Part shown: one piece after another, positions 41,201 to 56,200 of the stretch | Layout of the letters: every line of letters starts with the position of its first letter | Position numbering within the stretch: position 1 is the first letter of the stretch | Assembly (NCBI GenBank): GCA_963924565.1 | Contig: OZ004610.1 | Location: 26,040,001-26,104,000 of the forward strand | Length of the DNA: 64,000 nt | From: Ascidiella aspersa | Taxonomy: Eukaryota | Reading direction: 5' to 3' | Notes under the pieces: generated by a model | Seen by the model: only the letters and a program-made list of their open reading frames with translations | Told to the model about the DNA's origin: nothing | Database searches by the model: none | Program-made: the position numbers and the translations under genes

Positions 41201-44200
41201 GCAGCGTCCCAACGCTGTCGTTTTCCTTTCGCTTTCCCAATTACCGCCAATTTCCAGTTTACCAAAATATGTTGTCGATACCAGGCATCGTATACTAAAT
41301 GTTTCGGCACTTATTTATTTTCTCCCACGTTTGGGCTATACCTGTGTAGGATGCCTTTATCAGGGAAAAGCAACAACACCAAGCAAAGTAAAACGAAACA
41401 TACAAAAATGGGGAAAGAAAAAATCCAAAATACGCAGTGTTGCTGCATTTCTTGAGCATGGGTTTAGCCCAGGGGTGGGCAACCTACGGTCCGCGGGCCA
41501 AATTAGGCCAGCCAACAAATATCATCCAGCCCACCACCTTCTTTACAAAATGGATAATGGGCCAATTCTCATATATTTGGGCTATTTCAACTACGTAAAT
41601 GTAAAAATTGTTAAGCTTAAAGGCGTAATATCTACTGACAACAACAGCGGAAGTTTCGTCAACTCATTGTATCTAAATGCATCATATTCAGTTAAAATTT
41701 ATCACGGTCCGAGACCTATTTGTGTTTGATTTTGGCCAGCGAATAGCAAAAGGTTGCCCCCTCTGGATAGCCGGAACGTCGGAGCAAAAAAAACAACTAC
41801 CGGAAGAGCTTCTTTTTAGTAAAGTGTTCCAGCTTACCTGTTCGAAAACAACCACTCCGTTGTAGGGATCAGAGATCGCCTCAACGGTACAGACCTCCCA
41901 AAACTGGATTGAGTCTAGGAGGCACCCTGGCGGCAACCGCATGGTCAGGGTCCACTTGCCCTCCGCGTTCGGCTTGGTGCCCCCAAGCTCGACTTGGCCT
42001 TGACCCCCCGAGCCCCATTGCGACATCCAGCGGAGAGACGGGCTGTTTGCTGTCAAGTTAAAAATAAAAAATAAAAAAGTGTTTTGATAAAAAATGTAAA
42101 TATCTTTACTGTTTTACTGTGAAAAGCTTTGTTATATAGTGATTCGCAAAAGAGTTTGGTTTTTAATTTTGCATAAGACTTAAGTCTTTTTTGTAAGAAA
42201 AATACTATTATATCATTGATGGAATTATATGTACTAAGGCTTAAATACACCCTGACCATTATGGTTAACATTCTGTTTTACGATTATGTTGATTTTTTAA
42301 ATTAACGTTGTTCATTATTGCTATAATTGCATTGAAATTTGTTTGCATCCTTTCTAACATTTCACCCAACAGTCTAGAAATTCGTTCGAAATTCAAACAA
42401 CTTATATCGACGCCTACTGTTTGTTTTAAACTCAAATTGTTTTCTTACTGTGCTTTCAATTTAAAAAGAGTCCAATATATATTATGGTTATAGTTGAGGG
42501 TAATACGGCTAATGATGATATTAAAAGTTTTGAGAATATTTGTTTCAACAGGAAAACTTTCATTAAGATATTTAACAGAAAAATTAAATTTAATTCTTTT
42601 CATAACTTTATTACAACAGTAGAACAATATTTTTCGTGGTATTGCCGAAATAATTCAGGCACAATTATAAACAAATCACGGCAAATTTCAAACCAGTCAC
42701 ATACCTGTCGAGACTGGATTGGCGGCGGGTTGCACAAAAACCGGGACTTGAGTGGCAAGTGGCTGGTTGACAAGTGGCTGAACGGCGGGCGCCTGTGTTG
42801 CCAGTGGCACGTGAACCGCAGGTAGAGTGATCGGGTTTATTTCTGCAATGGAATGTCATCTTTCCTAATTTCTATCATACATCGAATTGCATAACTGTCC
42901 TGGAAAGTTTTTTGAACTATAGTGTATTCTATGAATAAAATGTTAATACGCACAGTCGCGCAGTGCATTTAATAAGTTGGCTGAACTATATATTTCATCT
43001 ATATGATAGTAGTTGTTAATTTATGGAAAAGTGCTCATAAAGGGCTTATTTGGCAATTTTTGGAACAACATTGACAATAATATGAGATTCTGTCATTTTT
43101 TCTGGAAAGGTAAAAGTAGTATCCAGTCGAGTTGTTCACATTCTGTATGTTTTTTAATTAAAAACTATACGAACTTTATAGTGTCATTTATTCACAAATT
43201 CCTTAAATGCTACAACTTTACACTTATAAAATGTGTAATTATAATCCATACACGTAGTAAGAATATCAAAGCCCATATATAATTAGATGTTTCTATAATT
43301 ATGTTATGAGCTTTGATATTCTTACTACGTCTAACTAAAAACTCCAACAATTAAGTAAAAAATTACAGATCTGTAGGCTTTATGGCAGTATTAAAAACTA
43401 CGACAAAAACAAACAAAATCAACACTAAAGGAACATACCAAATTGCTTAGTGCTTACCGTTTATACTGGGCTGGGTAAACACTGACGTAATTGGGATTCG
43501 TTCGGGGGGCACGATGGCCTGTCTGGTGGCCACCGGAATTAGGGGCTCGTCGAACCCGCTTCCGGAACCCTCAAGGGGGTGGGGTAACTGCTTGGGACAG
43601 TTTTCGGGGCTGGCCCACCTCAGAGAAGGGGTACCTGCATAGTACGGTATCTATTATGAGGTGTGCTGACTTAAAGTCATATTTCTGTGTGCAGTCAATC
43701 GGTGAAGCGCATTAATTACTCTATGTTTGGTTTTATAACAATTTTATGTTTTTGCCTTATTTAATTTATATACTTTTAATTTGTGGACGTCCGTAGAAAA
43801 CAAATAGTTCAGTTGAATGTCTACGTGTACGTACTATGTCGAACGACAACCCCGGCTATCCTAAGGTTACTCGTTTATGACGTCCCGTTATGACGTAACG
43901 TCGTGACGTCACCTTCGAAAATTTTAATGCGTTCCGGTAAGAAACTTATTCTACTCACATTCGTGGTATCTCTATAAGGCAAGGGTGATTAATAAACTCA
44001 GGTGCATGGACCCTTGGGGGTCCGTGAAAGAATTTCAGGGGTCCATGAAGCCTAATGGAAATATTAGTGTATATTTAGAAAGTAATCAATTTCTTAAAAG
44101 AGTTTAAGTAAAAATAATACGGTTTTGCACTAAATATAGACTTCATGACACTTTCACATTTTCGGACCGAAATCATCACATTTCTGAAGTCTATTATTTA

Positions 44201-47200
44201 TTATTATTCCGGCAATTTATGACGTCATCTTTGAGAATTGCTTGCTAACCGTGGTTGTCGCTTATCGAGAATAAATTTTAAGGTTATGCGGTAAAAAAAG
44301 TTTAAGAACCCCTGGTATAAGGAAATATAGAAACAGTGGTTCAGAAACGTTTTCATGGCAAGCGGTGCGTTGGAAAATTGACTTTATTTTTACCTTTTTC
44401 GATGACCACGAATCTGTAGGACTCCTCGCGGAAGCAGTTGCGCAGGAATCGCGCCTCGCTAAATTGGAAGCGGAGTCCAATGAAGTCCTTCTGCTCCTGC
44501 CATCCGATCTGCTGGAAGATGACCTGGCGGGAGTCGAGGCCCGACTCCGGGATGTTCAGGCACGCGTTCCACGTCTGTGAATAGCAGGAGGATAAGCACA
44601 ATACGAAAGCAGAGTTCGCTGTTGGAGGAGGTGTTAAGGAATAATTAAGGATGACGAAGGAGTATTGTGTGTGAAGGTATGAATACTAAGGAGAAGCTGA
44701 AACACTTTCGAATGTAAGTAGTCTCCCGCAGACAAATGTAAAAGAGGTAACACATTTTTTCGGCATTTTATACATGTTTGTTTTTGTACAGAAGCTGATG
44801 ATACCCAACCAAAAGGCGAAATATATATATCTGTAAAATTTTAAGAAACTGTTTCATGTTCTATTCCTGTTTTCATAAACAGTCTTAACATAGTACTAAA
44901 AGAAGCTAGGAGAGGAAATGATCTTTTAAATGTTTTTATTCAATCGACTAAGAAAATACAAAGAAAACTGTTCTACAGATCATTTTGTATATAAGATGGT
45001 ATACCGTAACCTAAATGTTAGCGCAGGCAAAGTGTGGTCACTGCTGGTTAAAACGAGTAGAGTCCCATTTAAAGGTTTCTCTTTAACAGTGTATATTTTC
45101 TACAGGATTCTACACGAAAACAAATCGAAAATGAAGCTACTATAGATATGGAAATGAAGCTACTATAGATATGGAAATGAAGCTATTATAGATTTTCAAC
45201 GTATTCTATCTAATGCAATTTCGGGAGTCTTACATTATGTTAACCAAATTAGTCCAGGTACGCGAATACATTAATATTTTGCGGCCGTAAACTTTTTTCG
45301 GCGGCCAACTTAAAAAAAATTGCGGATTTTTCCAGCACCAGTTTGGCGCCTTACCCTGTTGCAACAAATATATATATAATTTGTTTTGGTATTTTATGAG
45401 TTTCTTAACGCGGCTTTTACTTTATTCGGCAATTGTATTTACTTACGTCCAGTTGGGTAAGTGGGCAGTCGTGCGGAAAGGTCATTCTCAGTTGCCAATC
45501 GCCGGTGGGTTGAAGGCTGGGTAACTTCAGCTGGATCTCGGCCCCATTACCCCAGGTGTTTACCCACTTCACTTGAGGAATCATTCCTTGGCAAAAACAG
45601 TAAAACTTGGGTCTTTTCGTCCGGTTTAAGTTGTAACTAAACTCTTACAACAGCAAAACGATGGTTTTTAATGTTCTTGATGCGAACGGTGATCAACATG
45701 GAGCAAAAATACAAAACAAAATGGCAAACTAATTTTCGTCGTATGTATAAACGAAATTAAGTTAAATTCACTTAAAACTGAAGACAAAAGTGCCTTCCTA
45801 ACGAAAGGGAAGCATATGGGTGGTTGTAATAAGGGAATAAGGCACAGACAAAAGAATTGACGCACTACGACTCCAGTGCTAGAGTTATTGCTTTGTCGTT
45901 GGCGTGTTGCTTTGGGGTAAATTAAAACTAATTAGAGACCAAATTAGGCAAATTATCTTATCGCAGCTCCAGGTTGTTTAAAATCCGTTTGTGCTACGCG
46001 ACGGCAGTCAACAAACAAAAAATATGCTCCACGGATTTTAAGGCTTTACCGAAAGAATGAAAAAGTTTTCTACAAACATATAAATAAGGTGCCCAACCGC
46101 CCGGGAATCAAATTGGATTGCACGTATATTGTAGTTATACAGATAAACATTGTCTCGTTTTTGTTAGCGCATGAAGTTTTTATTCGTTTATAAATTTTCC
46201 GATAAGTATATGGAGTAATGATTGAACAGGCTACTTATTGAGTAAAGGTTTTTTAATGGAAAAGGGGTGGTTTTCGGACGGTTCTTAAAAACAATCTACT
46301 AAAACATGGCAATTCGTTTTTGCTGCCCATTTCGCCAAAATAATAGTGAAAAAATTAAAATTAAGTCCAAAAATCAAACGTTTTTAATTGTGCAACTCAC
46401 GATGCTCGCAGTTGATTCCGAACACGTTGTCGGGGCAGGTGCAGAGATAGTTGAATCCCTCTACGCTCGAGCACTGGCCGTTGTTCTGGCAGGGATGGGA
46501 CGAACAAGCTAGGATGTAACAAAAACAACAAAGTTCTTGAATAGTGTTTCACAGCCTGTGGAATTTTTATTGTAATTTCACTTAGCAACCAAGTAAAGGG
46601 TCGTGGACCGAAAATTTCGCATTTATTTCTGTTTAAAAGATACATACAAACACCTGCGTGTAAACTGTACAGCAAAAGTGATATAGCCGAAGTTTCAGTT
46701 TGAAACTTAATGTTTTTAGACATTCAGGCTTTATAATCAGAAAAAAATGTAGTTTAGTGTTTGTTCTTTTTGTTCTTTTCGTGACGGTAACTAATTGTAT
46801 ATGTTGAGCTTGTTTTATAAAGTTTTATGCTAACATATATATCAACAGTCAATGAAAGATAAATACACATACGTGCACAACAACTGCGAACTAGCCCTTT
46901 TTAAGTCGTTTTTTGATCAACGATAACGACTTACGTATATTGTTCACCGAAAGCGACAAACCAAATTAGTCGATCAATGATGACAAGGCAGGCTAAACGA
47001 CTCGGTTAGTGTGTCGAAGGCTTACGGTGAACATACACCAACAGCTTATACTGCGAGGTTGAGGAAGATATTTATATCAGAGAGCAATTAAAGGTATCCC
47101 TTGACAGGGCATATCTACTCTAATTGTATTAAACTTTGTTTAAAATAACAACTTTCATTTTAACGTGACGTTAATCGACCGAGATACCGATCAACCCCCC

Positions 47201-50200
47201 CAAAAACGGACCTGTTTTCTGTTTGACTTTCGAAACAAGCTTACCGTCCAATTTCGACACCACAGCTCCGGCGAAAACTTGGTTGGCGATTTCTTGTGGA
47301 TCCAGGGCGACAACGGATCCACCGGTTGCAATGCTTTCCAGAAAGAGAAGCCCTGCCGCCACGGATTGAAAGGCGGAGTTGTGAAGGATGTGAGGTTGAT
47401 TACCGACGAAGTTTTTCCTGCAAAGCAATTTCGATTTATTAATCTTTATGATGTCCCATTTGGGCGGTTGTTGTCCGTTTGCCCCAACGCTAAGTGCCAC
47501 TAAAAATCATTAAAGCAAACTTTTTCAGTGTTATTTGTATATTTATTTTATTTTAGTGATAGGCCTAATTTGTCAAATTTCCGATCCCTAGCAACCTTGT
47601 ATACATTAACTATTTGTTACATGGCTATAAAACTGATAACTTTACATTTGAAGCGCTATTGATACTTAATTAGCCTATGTCAACTAAATAATTAACGTAA
47701 CGTTTTCCCTATTTTCATTATGTTGTTTGTAGCCTATTGGTTTCTTAACTGGTCGATTCCCAATATTTTGCTCTACAACAAGACACCGAACTTTCAGGCT
47801 GAATAAAACTACCTTGAATTCAACAATTTCCCCACACTAAACTCATAATACAGGGAATTATGCTATAAAAGCATCATATAGCTATGGCTTTGGTGTTCAG
47901 TTTAACTGATCAAAACGCCCTCACTTTTTGAAATATTAAACCAAACTTGCAGTTAAAATTGCTTTCCGAATCACGAAATATACAGTTAAAAGAAAAAATG
48001 TGATTCCAAGAAAGGTGATTTCTACACTCTTCTTGTACAACATAGAAATTCAAAAGGAAAGCACACCTGGAATCGACCAAGTTTCCACTGGCGTCTGGTC
48101 CACCCACAAGTGCCCCGGTAAGTTCGTAAGTGTTGCTTCCAGGTGATCCAAAGAAACCCCAGCCGCATTGCAGGGGAGGCGAGGGGCAAGAGCTGTTGGA
48201 AATAAAGTGTTGTTTTACAGTCAACCTCTCATATTTGCATATTTAATGTCAAATCTTCGCTCTTAAGGGCTAGTAATCTTTATACTGTTTTCGGACAAAA
48301 TGTAAATCGGCCGTTTTAAGATACTTGAGAGACAATTTTTACGCAATTTTGACATAACCAGTCTCTTTATTCCTGGAATAAACTTTTATTTAGTTTTTTA
48401 GGTTCTCATTATTAGTCGCCCGTTTATTTCCAAGAGGAGATGCTATCTAATATTTTTTAGTAGACATGCAGTTGCTTGCGAACGTGTTACTTTAAACTTT
48501 TAATTCAATCGGTTTCGAAAAGAATATAATCCGCCTTAATAAATAAGAATAAATCCGACACATAAAAACGTTAGGTACCCGGTGGAAAAGATTTAAAAAA
48601 ATATTTATAAACAAGGCTAGCTATTTTTATTCGTTCATTTCAATTTAGAAGTCTTTTGATTTTTGTCTATCATAGTTATTCTGTCAAGGCCTGTTAATTT
48701 CACTTCTGACTTTATCTTTGCACACAGTTTATGTTTTATTGCCGAACGAACTTCATTGTAAGTAAATTGTTGAGTTAAAATTTATTTTTGAAAAACTCAA
48801 AGTCGGAACGGTTAAAGTTAGATTTAGGTTGCATATTTTAGCGCGACATCGAACGACTTATTTTAAACGTCCCGTTATTGTAAACTTTGTACGTCATGTC
48901 TAAAAATTGTCATGCGTTTCAGTAGGAACATTTTTCATCTTTCCAGTAAAACAATTATTCTACTCTTACCCCTGATCGACAGCCTTCACTGCTTATTTAA
49001 AACCCAAAATAAGACTGACATTACGTTTATTTGCGCTACTTTTTTGACCAGGCCCTCTATAGAACATCTTTCGTTGGTCATGGCGCCCTAGTAAAAAAAA
49101 CAGTTTCCCACGTATGCCTCGTACCTTCATAAAGAACAACACACATAAGGCTCCCTACCTGTCTCTGTCGTGCAGCCGCTTCGGGTAGTCCTTGCCGTAA
49201 CCGACCATGTAGCTAACACCTGTTCCCTTGCCTAGAGCTTCGGCAACTTGCTGCTTGGCCAGCTCCTGGTAAGCGGAAGTCTGTGCCGGGTCCAGGGTCT
49301 GCTCAGACGCCAGGGCGCAGAGGAAAGCAGTGTTTGCTGAAGGAAGCAATGGGCCGTGGTTTAAATCAGTGATTCACAAACTGTGTGCCGCGGCACAGTA
49401 GAGTGCCTCAAGTGATTGTTAAGTGTGCCGCAAAACTTTTTGTAAGTTTTAAAGTTTTTGTATGGCCAATAGGCATGCAATTACACGCAAATATTTTAGA
49501 CTTTAATCGCACTATCCTTACAAATTAGTAATATTGAGAGATTTACATATAGTTTGTGTGTTAAGTGCGATTGTAAAATTACTGTTAAAAGTGTGCCGCT
49601 AAATATGTAAGATTTATTGTGTCGTAAGCTAAAAAAGTTCAATTGCTTTGGTTTTGCAGCTACGGGTTAAGACAATATTACGACTATATCAGGGTTGCCA
49701 TATACTTTCACGAAGAACAATCAGAGACGTTAAAATACTTTTGAAATAAAAAATTATAGCTTTTCAAAGATTTAAAATTGGATCACTCGACATGTTGCTG
49801 TAAATTCGCAAAAAAAAATACATTTGAAGACAAGATAGCACAATTGCAATGATCAACAGACCATAAAATAACAAATAGTTTTACAAATTGATTTTCCAAC
49901 GACAAATGTTTTTTTTTCGTTTGATTCGGAGCGTTTACAAAACCTCGTATATGGAATTTGATAACTGCTTTATGACTTCTTACTTCACATATTTGTTCTA
50001 TCTCACGCAATTTAACAAAATATAAAAACGGCGTGTTACCAACGAAGATCATTTTGTTTTTGAGCTTCTTCATAGAGAGAAGGCCGTCCGGTGATTTGGG
50101 AGCAGAACGTGAACTCCATTGGTTGCAGAATTCCGCCACAGGGGTCATGTAGAGGTCATACTCGCCAGTGATTTCCGAGAGCAGCAACTATAAAAAAGTC

Positions 50201-53200
50201 TTCAATATGTAAGTTTGCTCTAAATTTATTATTTAACAATGACCAGATGAAATATACGATCCAACAAAATGCTTGTACTGTTAAGCTGGGAAAGAGCAAT
50301 GAATGTGTGTTGTAAAAAACGGTTTTATTCTTTAGGGCTATGTTATACGTAAGTTACACTAAGATGAAATAATTTCTGTGTAATGCGACTTTCTTTTCGA
50401 TTCCAGTCCGAATTTTACACAATCCTTAGGTAGTTTTTAAACTTGTTTTTACTTTCATTTTATTTTATGTTTTTTAACAGGTATTACCAAAGAGATAACG
50501 CCTTAGCTAATCGACGTTAACGAAATGCTAAATAATACTGTTATAAACAAGTTATTTTAAACAAATTCAAGTCCAAGTCAGGTGGTCATTTGCGAAATAG
50601 CTTAAGTCCCAGTCAAGTCATTTGCAAAATACCATTAGTCCCAGTCTAATATAGTCATTAGTTACGCATGTCAATTAGAAAAAAAAACAGCATTGGAATC
50701 AAAAATTAATATTAAACGTATTAAAATGGTAAACACTTTTCATTCTGACCAATATTTCGCACAGCAAACGCAAAAAAACGAAAAAACAGCAAGTTAACAA
50801 TTATTTTACTTAATTTAACTAAAATTTATTAATTAAAACACCATAACATACGATAAGTTATTCGCTGTAAATGATTATACGAAGTACTTAAGTCAAGTTA
50901 AGTCATATTACCAAAAAGAATTACCAAGTCAAGTCATCTGAAAAGAGTGACTTAAGTGCATTTAACTCATTAACTTTAAGAATTCTCAAAAGTCATTAAA
51001 ACAATGCTAAATATCGTATTGCATTTGCTTATGCGTTTCATTTGAACTTATCGTTTCATTGAAAATGCTATCCACCAAACTATATAAACCTGGATGGCCA
51101 AAATCTTGTTATCGTAGGTAAGGCCGGTGTCGGTGTTCTTCTTGTCCAAGCTGAACTCTTTGTACTTGGCGATCGCTTCGTCCAGGTAGGCCTGCTTATA
51201 GGTGGCCTTGTGGAGCCAGATAGCGGCCCACACCAGTTCGTCACCGTAATCCGTAGACCTGACAAAACAGTTACCTCTATACTTTAATTGCGAATGGCGA
51301 CAAAAAAACACCCGAGAAAATAAGATGAAAATACATCGAACAAGAATTTCGACGGCCAAGCGACATAATTGTGGCTCCTTATCCAATAATATTAGTATGT
51401 GGCCAAAAACGAATATGTTTCTCTAATTTAATAATTTTGTACTTTAAGGTATTTTTATTTGGTGTAATTTTTAATTTTTTTTAATTTATTTTTGACACTG
51501 GCAGTTAGGCAGGGGACTTTAAAGTATAACCACGTTTTAAATTTTATAATGATATTAACCATAAATGTAACTACAAAAAGTCTCCACAAAACTTTGTATA
51601 ACTTATTTAATTTTTTTATAAATATTGACGAGGTTGCTTGCTTTTGGATACAGGCCTAAAGAGAAAAATGCATTGTCTAGGTGGGTTTGGGCGGGTCTGC
51701 AGGGGCTCAACTAAACATTGTTGTAAACCGTTATCCTTGTGCAAACTATGTTCGCACCAAATGCTGCTCAAAGCTTCAATTTTTTAATTATTAAAAAAAG
51801 TATTTTATGTCAAACCCTGCCCTCTTTACTCACGGGTAAAATCCTGCTGCACCCGGGATCGAAAACCCGTCGTATCTTCCCCGGTTGAAGTCAGCGAACT
51901 GGTAAAGCTGCTCGGCGTGACGAATCAGCTCGGCCGAATACTCGGCAGCTGCAAAAAAACTTCAGTTCGTCTGGGTATTTAGCTGCAGCAAGTACAAACT
52001 ACGGCCCGCCAAGCAATATAATCCGGGCGGTGCATTTTCAATTAAACTATTTTAGACAAAAATTAACCCTAACATTATTTTATTGATTTCCGAATATTTC
52101 ATTGAATACATTACTCTTGAAAAGCACATTACCAGCTTGTCAAAACAAGGATATTTAAAAATTATTTTAAAATGAATCCCACACTTTTTCAAGATCAGTT
52201 TTTTGACACGGCCCGCCAAGACATTTTCTGTTTCTTGGGCGGCCCGCTGTCGAAAATAATTGCCCACCCCTGGTATAGAAAAATCACAAAACGTACAAGT
52301 GGGCTCGCTCAGCCTATAGATTTTTCCTAAAACGCCGCAGCATGCATTTCTTATCCAGTAGTTCACTTTTCGCTTGGCGAAATCGTTTTTCTTTATCGCT
52401 ATAAAGGGGACTCAAATAATTTTATAAATATGAAAATAAAAAAATACAATCAAACAATATTACTTTTACTTCCAAATCAGTATTCACACAACCACTTACT
52501 ATACATACGATGTAAAATGATTTAGTATCATCAAAGCTGATTGAGAAGGACTTGCTCTGGATAATTTAATTGACAGGCCAATTTTGATAGATGTTGCATG
52601 TTCTCTTAAAACTACCATATACAACCACCACTGTTTGAGTCGAGAAGACGACAGGGTAAGTTCGAAATTGGTTTTGGGCCCAGGCGACATTTCTATACCA
52701 GATTGCCAAATTGAAAAGAGTTTCAAAATCGATTCGCAAACAATAAATGAAAAAAATAAAATATAGCAAATTCTCTTATTCTTTAAAGGTCGGTGGAATA
52801 TATTTTTGCAAGGAAGCTTATAAATTTGTAAGTTTACGTGGTAAATCTAAAAAATCACTGGCCTTTGTCTGAAAAAAATAAAACATATTTTATTCCACTT
52901 ACAGAAGAAAGCTCTAGGCCAGTGTTTTTTAACCTTTTATGGGTTGCCCCCTCCCTTCCAAGGGTCCGCAACGCTTAGTGACCCCCTGTTTACGTTTTAG
53001 AAAAACACCACTTCTCAAAGAGAGCCTTTAAAGTTACAATCAAACTAAAAAAATGTTTGACTGGATAAATAATGAAAATTATATATGTTTGCCCACAGAT
53101 TGATTTCATCGGCGTCGAGAAACCCTGGTCCATATAGGGTCGTAAAATTGTCACCCACGTTTTAAAGTTAAAGAGATCTCAATGAACGTTTTTTGGCAAT

Positions 53201-56200
53201 GACGTAAGTTGCAAATTTCGACAAAGTCGCTTCAAATTGTGTTTACCCGGTTTAAACGTTTATCACGCAAATTAGCTAATTGATTGGCCTGGAAGTATAC
53301 TGGCTTGTAATGTCATATTGATTGGGTGATGTTACAGCGGCATAATAACACAATTAGGCCCAATTAAGGTAGCTTTAGATGTGCATTAGTGTTATCACCT
53401 GGGCGTATTACCTTAATCTGAAAAACACACTGGGCTTGACTAAGTAGAAAAATGGTGAAAAAACAAATGACGTAATGCAACAAAAAAATGCTTAACGGCA
53501 GGCTCGTATCCATATACGCATTTTGGCATGTAATGTGGCCTACATATTGAAGTATATTGCCTTTAAATTAAACCCAGGTACTTCCACATTCGCCGTCAAG
53601 TTAACCCAAGATAAACTTAAAAGAAAACAACGGTATCTTTAACCTTTATACACTTTGGGGTTTATGGCATTAAACAAGAGTTTTGCAAAGCAGATGCTTT
53701 GTCAGAAATCAGAAAAACACCACATTTGCACGTTTAAATTGAAATTCTGTTAAGTTTTAGGTTGGAGAATGGAGAGGTGTTATACTTTCAATACAAAAGC
53801 TACATATTATTTGGATGTTATTTATTCGCGCAAACCGTAAAAACGACTTTATATGATTTATTTTTTTTATTTTTGCGGGTGAGATGAGATGATATTTTTG
53901 CATTTACATAGTAAAAACAAAATACAGTTTAGGGGGGCATGTGGCCACTACCTGAATACGCCCCAGGGTTAAACATTTCTAACCTTGCACATAGATGTCA
54001 AACAAATTAAAATTAAGCGTACTTAGAAAGCAAACTAACCAACTGTGGAAAAAAGCAGGCCTGCCGCGGCCAGAGCTGCAGAGGTCTCGGCGGCCAGGTC
54101 CGACCCCGGTTCGTTGGTGGTCAGTTTGTACGCTGGTCTCCTCCAGTTTATGCTACCGCCGCTCTCCCAGTGCGAGTGGTCGATAGTTGGGTCGCCCACC
54201 TTCGAGGAAAAAAATCGTTGAAAAGGAAAAGAGTCGAAATTGAAAACGATTATGTGGACAAGGGTAGTGGTGAAAGCAAGCTGGAACGACGTTTCGGTAA
54301 AAAATTAAGTGTTCTTTATTACCAGGTTGTGTCGCTTTTTACCAAGCCATCAAGCCATCTTTTTGAAATTATTAAACTAATATTTCAGTTGCATATTTGA
54401 GATTAAACGGTAACCTCAGGTTTCCTAAAGTTATTTGTTTAAAACAGTGGTTCTCGAACTTTAAAAAAATAATTACGCAACGGCCCCTCAGCAACTTTTT
54501 AAATTGCTCACGGTCCCTCAAAAATTTACACAAAATAACATTTGTTTTCAATGGTATAAATGGGACGGGTAAACTTGCTTCTTTGCTTTCAGCTCGGCTA
54601 TGTTAACCTCTAACGAATCACTTTATTTGAGTAAAGCAATCACGAACAGTTTTAAAACCGTGACTGACCGTACAGCCCACAGTGTCATCGCAGCAAGCTG
54701 TGAAAACACAATTCTCATTAGCACAATGCAACACTATGACGTCACAATGGACAAATTTAACTCTAAGCGTACAATAACTTTAATGAACAACTATATTCAG
54801 CTTTGTTTTGAAAAGTTAGTTGCCTGAAAATTTTATTGCACAAAAGCGTCGTGTTGATTTTTTGTTCGCTGCTTTGCGGTCGCCGAAAATTGTCTCGCGG
54901 ACTCCAAAAGGACCGCGGACCCCAGTTTGAGAACCACTGGTTTAAAACGCCCCTTGATGCCGACAATAATTTTTTTAACGTTCGGGTAAGAAAATTCTTC
55001 TTCTTTAGACCCTCGTCACAATAAATCAGTGGTTTTCAACAGGGGTGCCGCGACAAGCTGTGTATACTCAATTCTAAAGCTTAGGGATGTCCTAAAATAT
55101 TTCAGAATCCTATAAAGAATTTGTCCCTCTTTTAAATTTTTCTTATCTTTTATAGAGAATTTGTATTTTATGTGACTTTCGTAAGTTAAGTCAAACGACT
55201 TTTCGTCGACAGAATGAGTCCAATAATTTTTCTTATTAATGTTTCCTATTGAAAAAAAACCCCAAATATTCAGGTTGCGAATCTGTCAAATAAATTTGCC
55301 TCGTTTTATGACTTTTTTACTATTACTTTTGCTGAATATGCGTATATCCAAAAAAGGTGTAAATATTTAGTATAGCCTATCGGATCTTTTCAACGTTTTG
55401 TGCGGATCTTCTAATGTAGTCTTGAAACAATAAACTTTATACAGCATTTTCATGAGGAAAAATCAAGCATAGAACGAGACTCTCAAATGCTAATCTTTGT
55501 AAGCGTTTGAGGATATCAGTAAGCGACGGAAAGCCCCAATTCGATGCTATTGTAAGACCTAAAGTCTAAAACAGGGCGCGGCAACCTACGGCCCGCGGGC
55601 CGGATTTGCCCCGCCAATGTAATTCATTCGGTCCGCCGCCTCTTTGTTGAACTAGATACGAGTCCATTTCAAATACTTTTTGACTATTTTAACTACGTTA
55701 AGTGCTAAAATTTTTCCCGCTTCGCGCGAATCATCTTTCTACGTCCGGATAGTTTACGTTTTGATGAGGTCTTTTGAACTAGATCAGCGCTTCGTTACCG
55801 TTAATGGTAAACGCATTCAAAAATATTGGACATCAATTTTTTAATTTTGTTTTTTCGGCAATGTTGTAGGTTATATTTACACAAATAAATCACCATAAAA
55901 ATAAAAGCGTGTCCAATATGTTTGGCTGTGGTGGATCATGGCAGAAATCATTTGAACACCCCTGGCCTACTAGGTTTTTAGCCCAGTTGTATTATACTTT
56001 TGTCCTCTTTTGTGCTAAATTGCCCTCTCTTTGGGCGATGAAAACAGGGTAGGCCTGATGTGAATAATAAAAGTTACCATAGAAGTTTACATCATCTAAG
56101 TCAGGTTAAGCTCAACGTACTTTTGCCTAATCATCACATTGCGTATATACAGGCCTAAACACACGTTAAGTAACTCCAAATGTTGGAGAACAACTCACCA

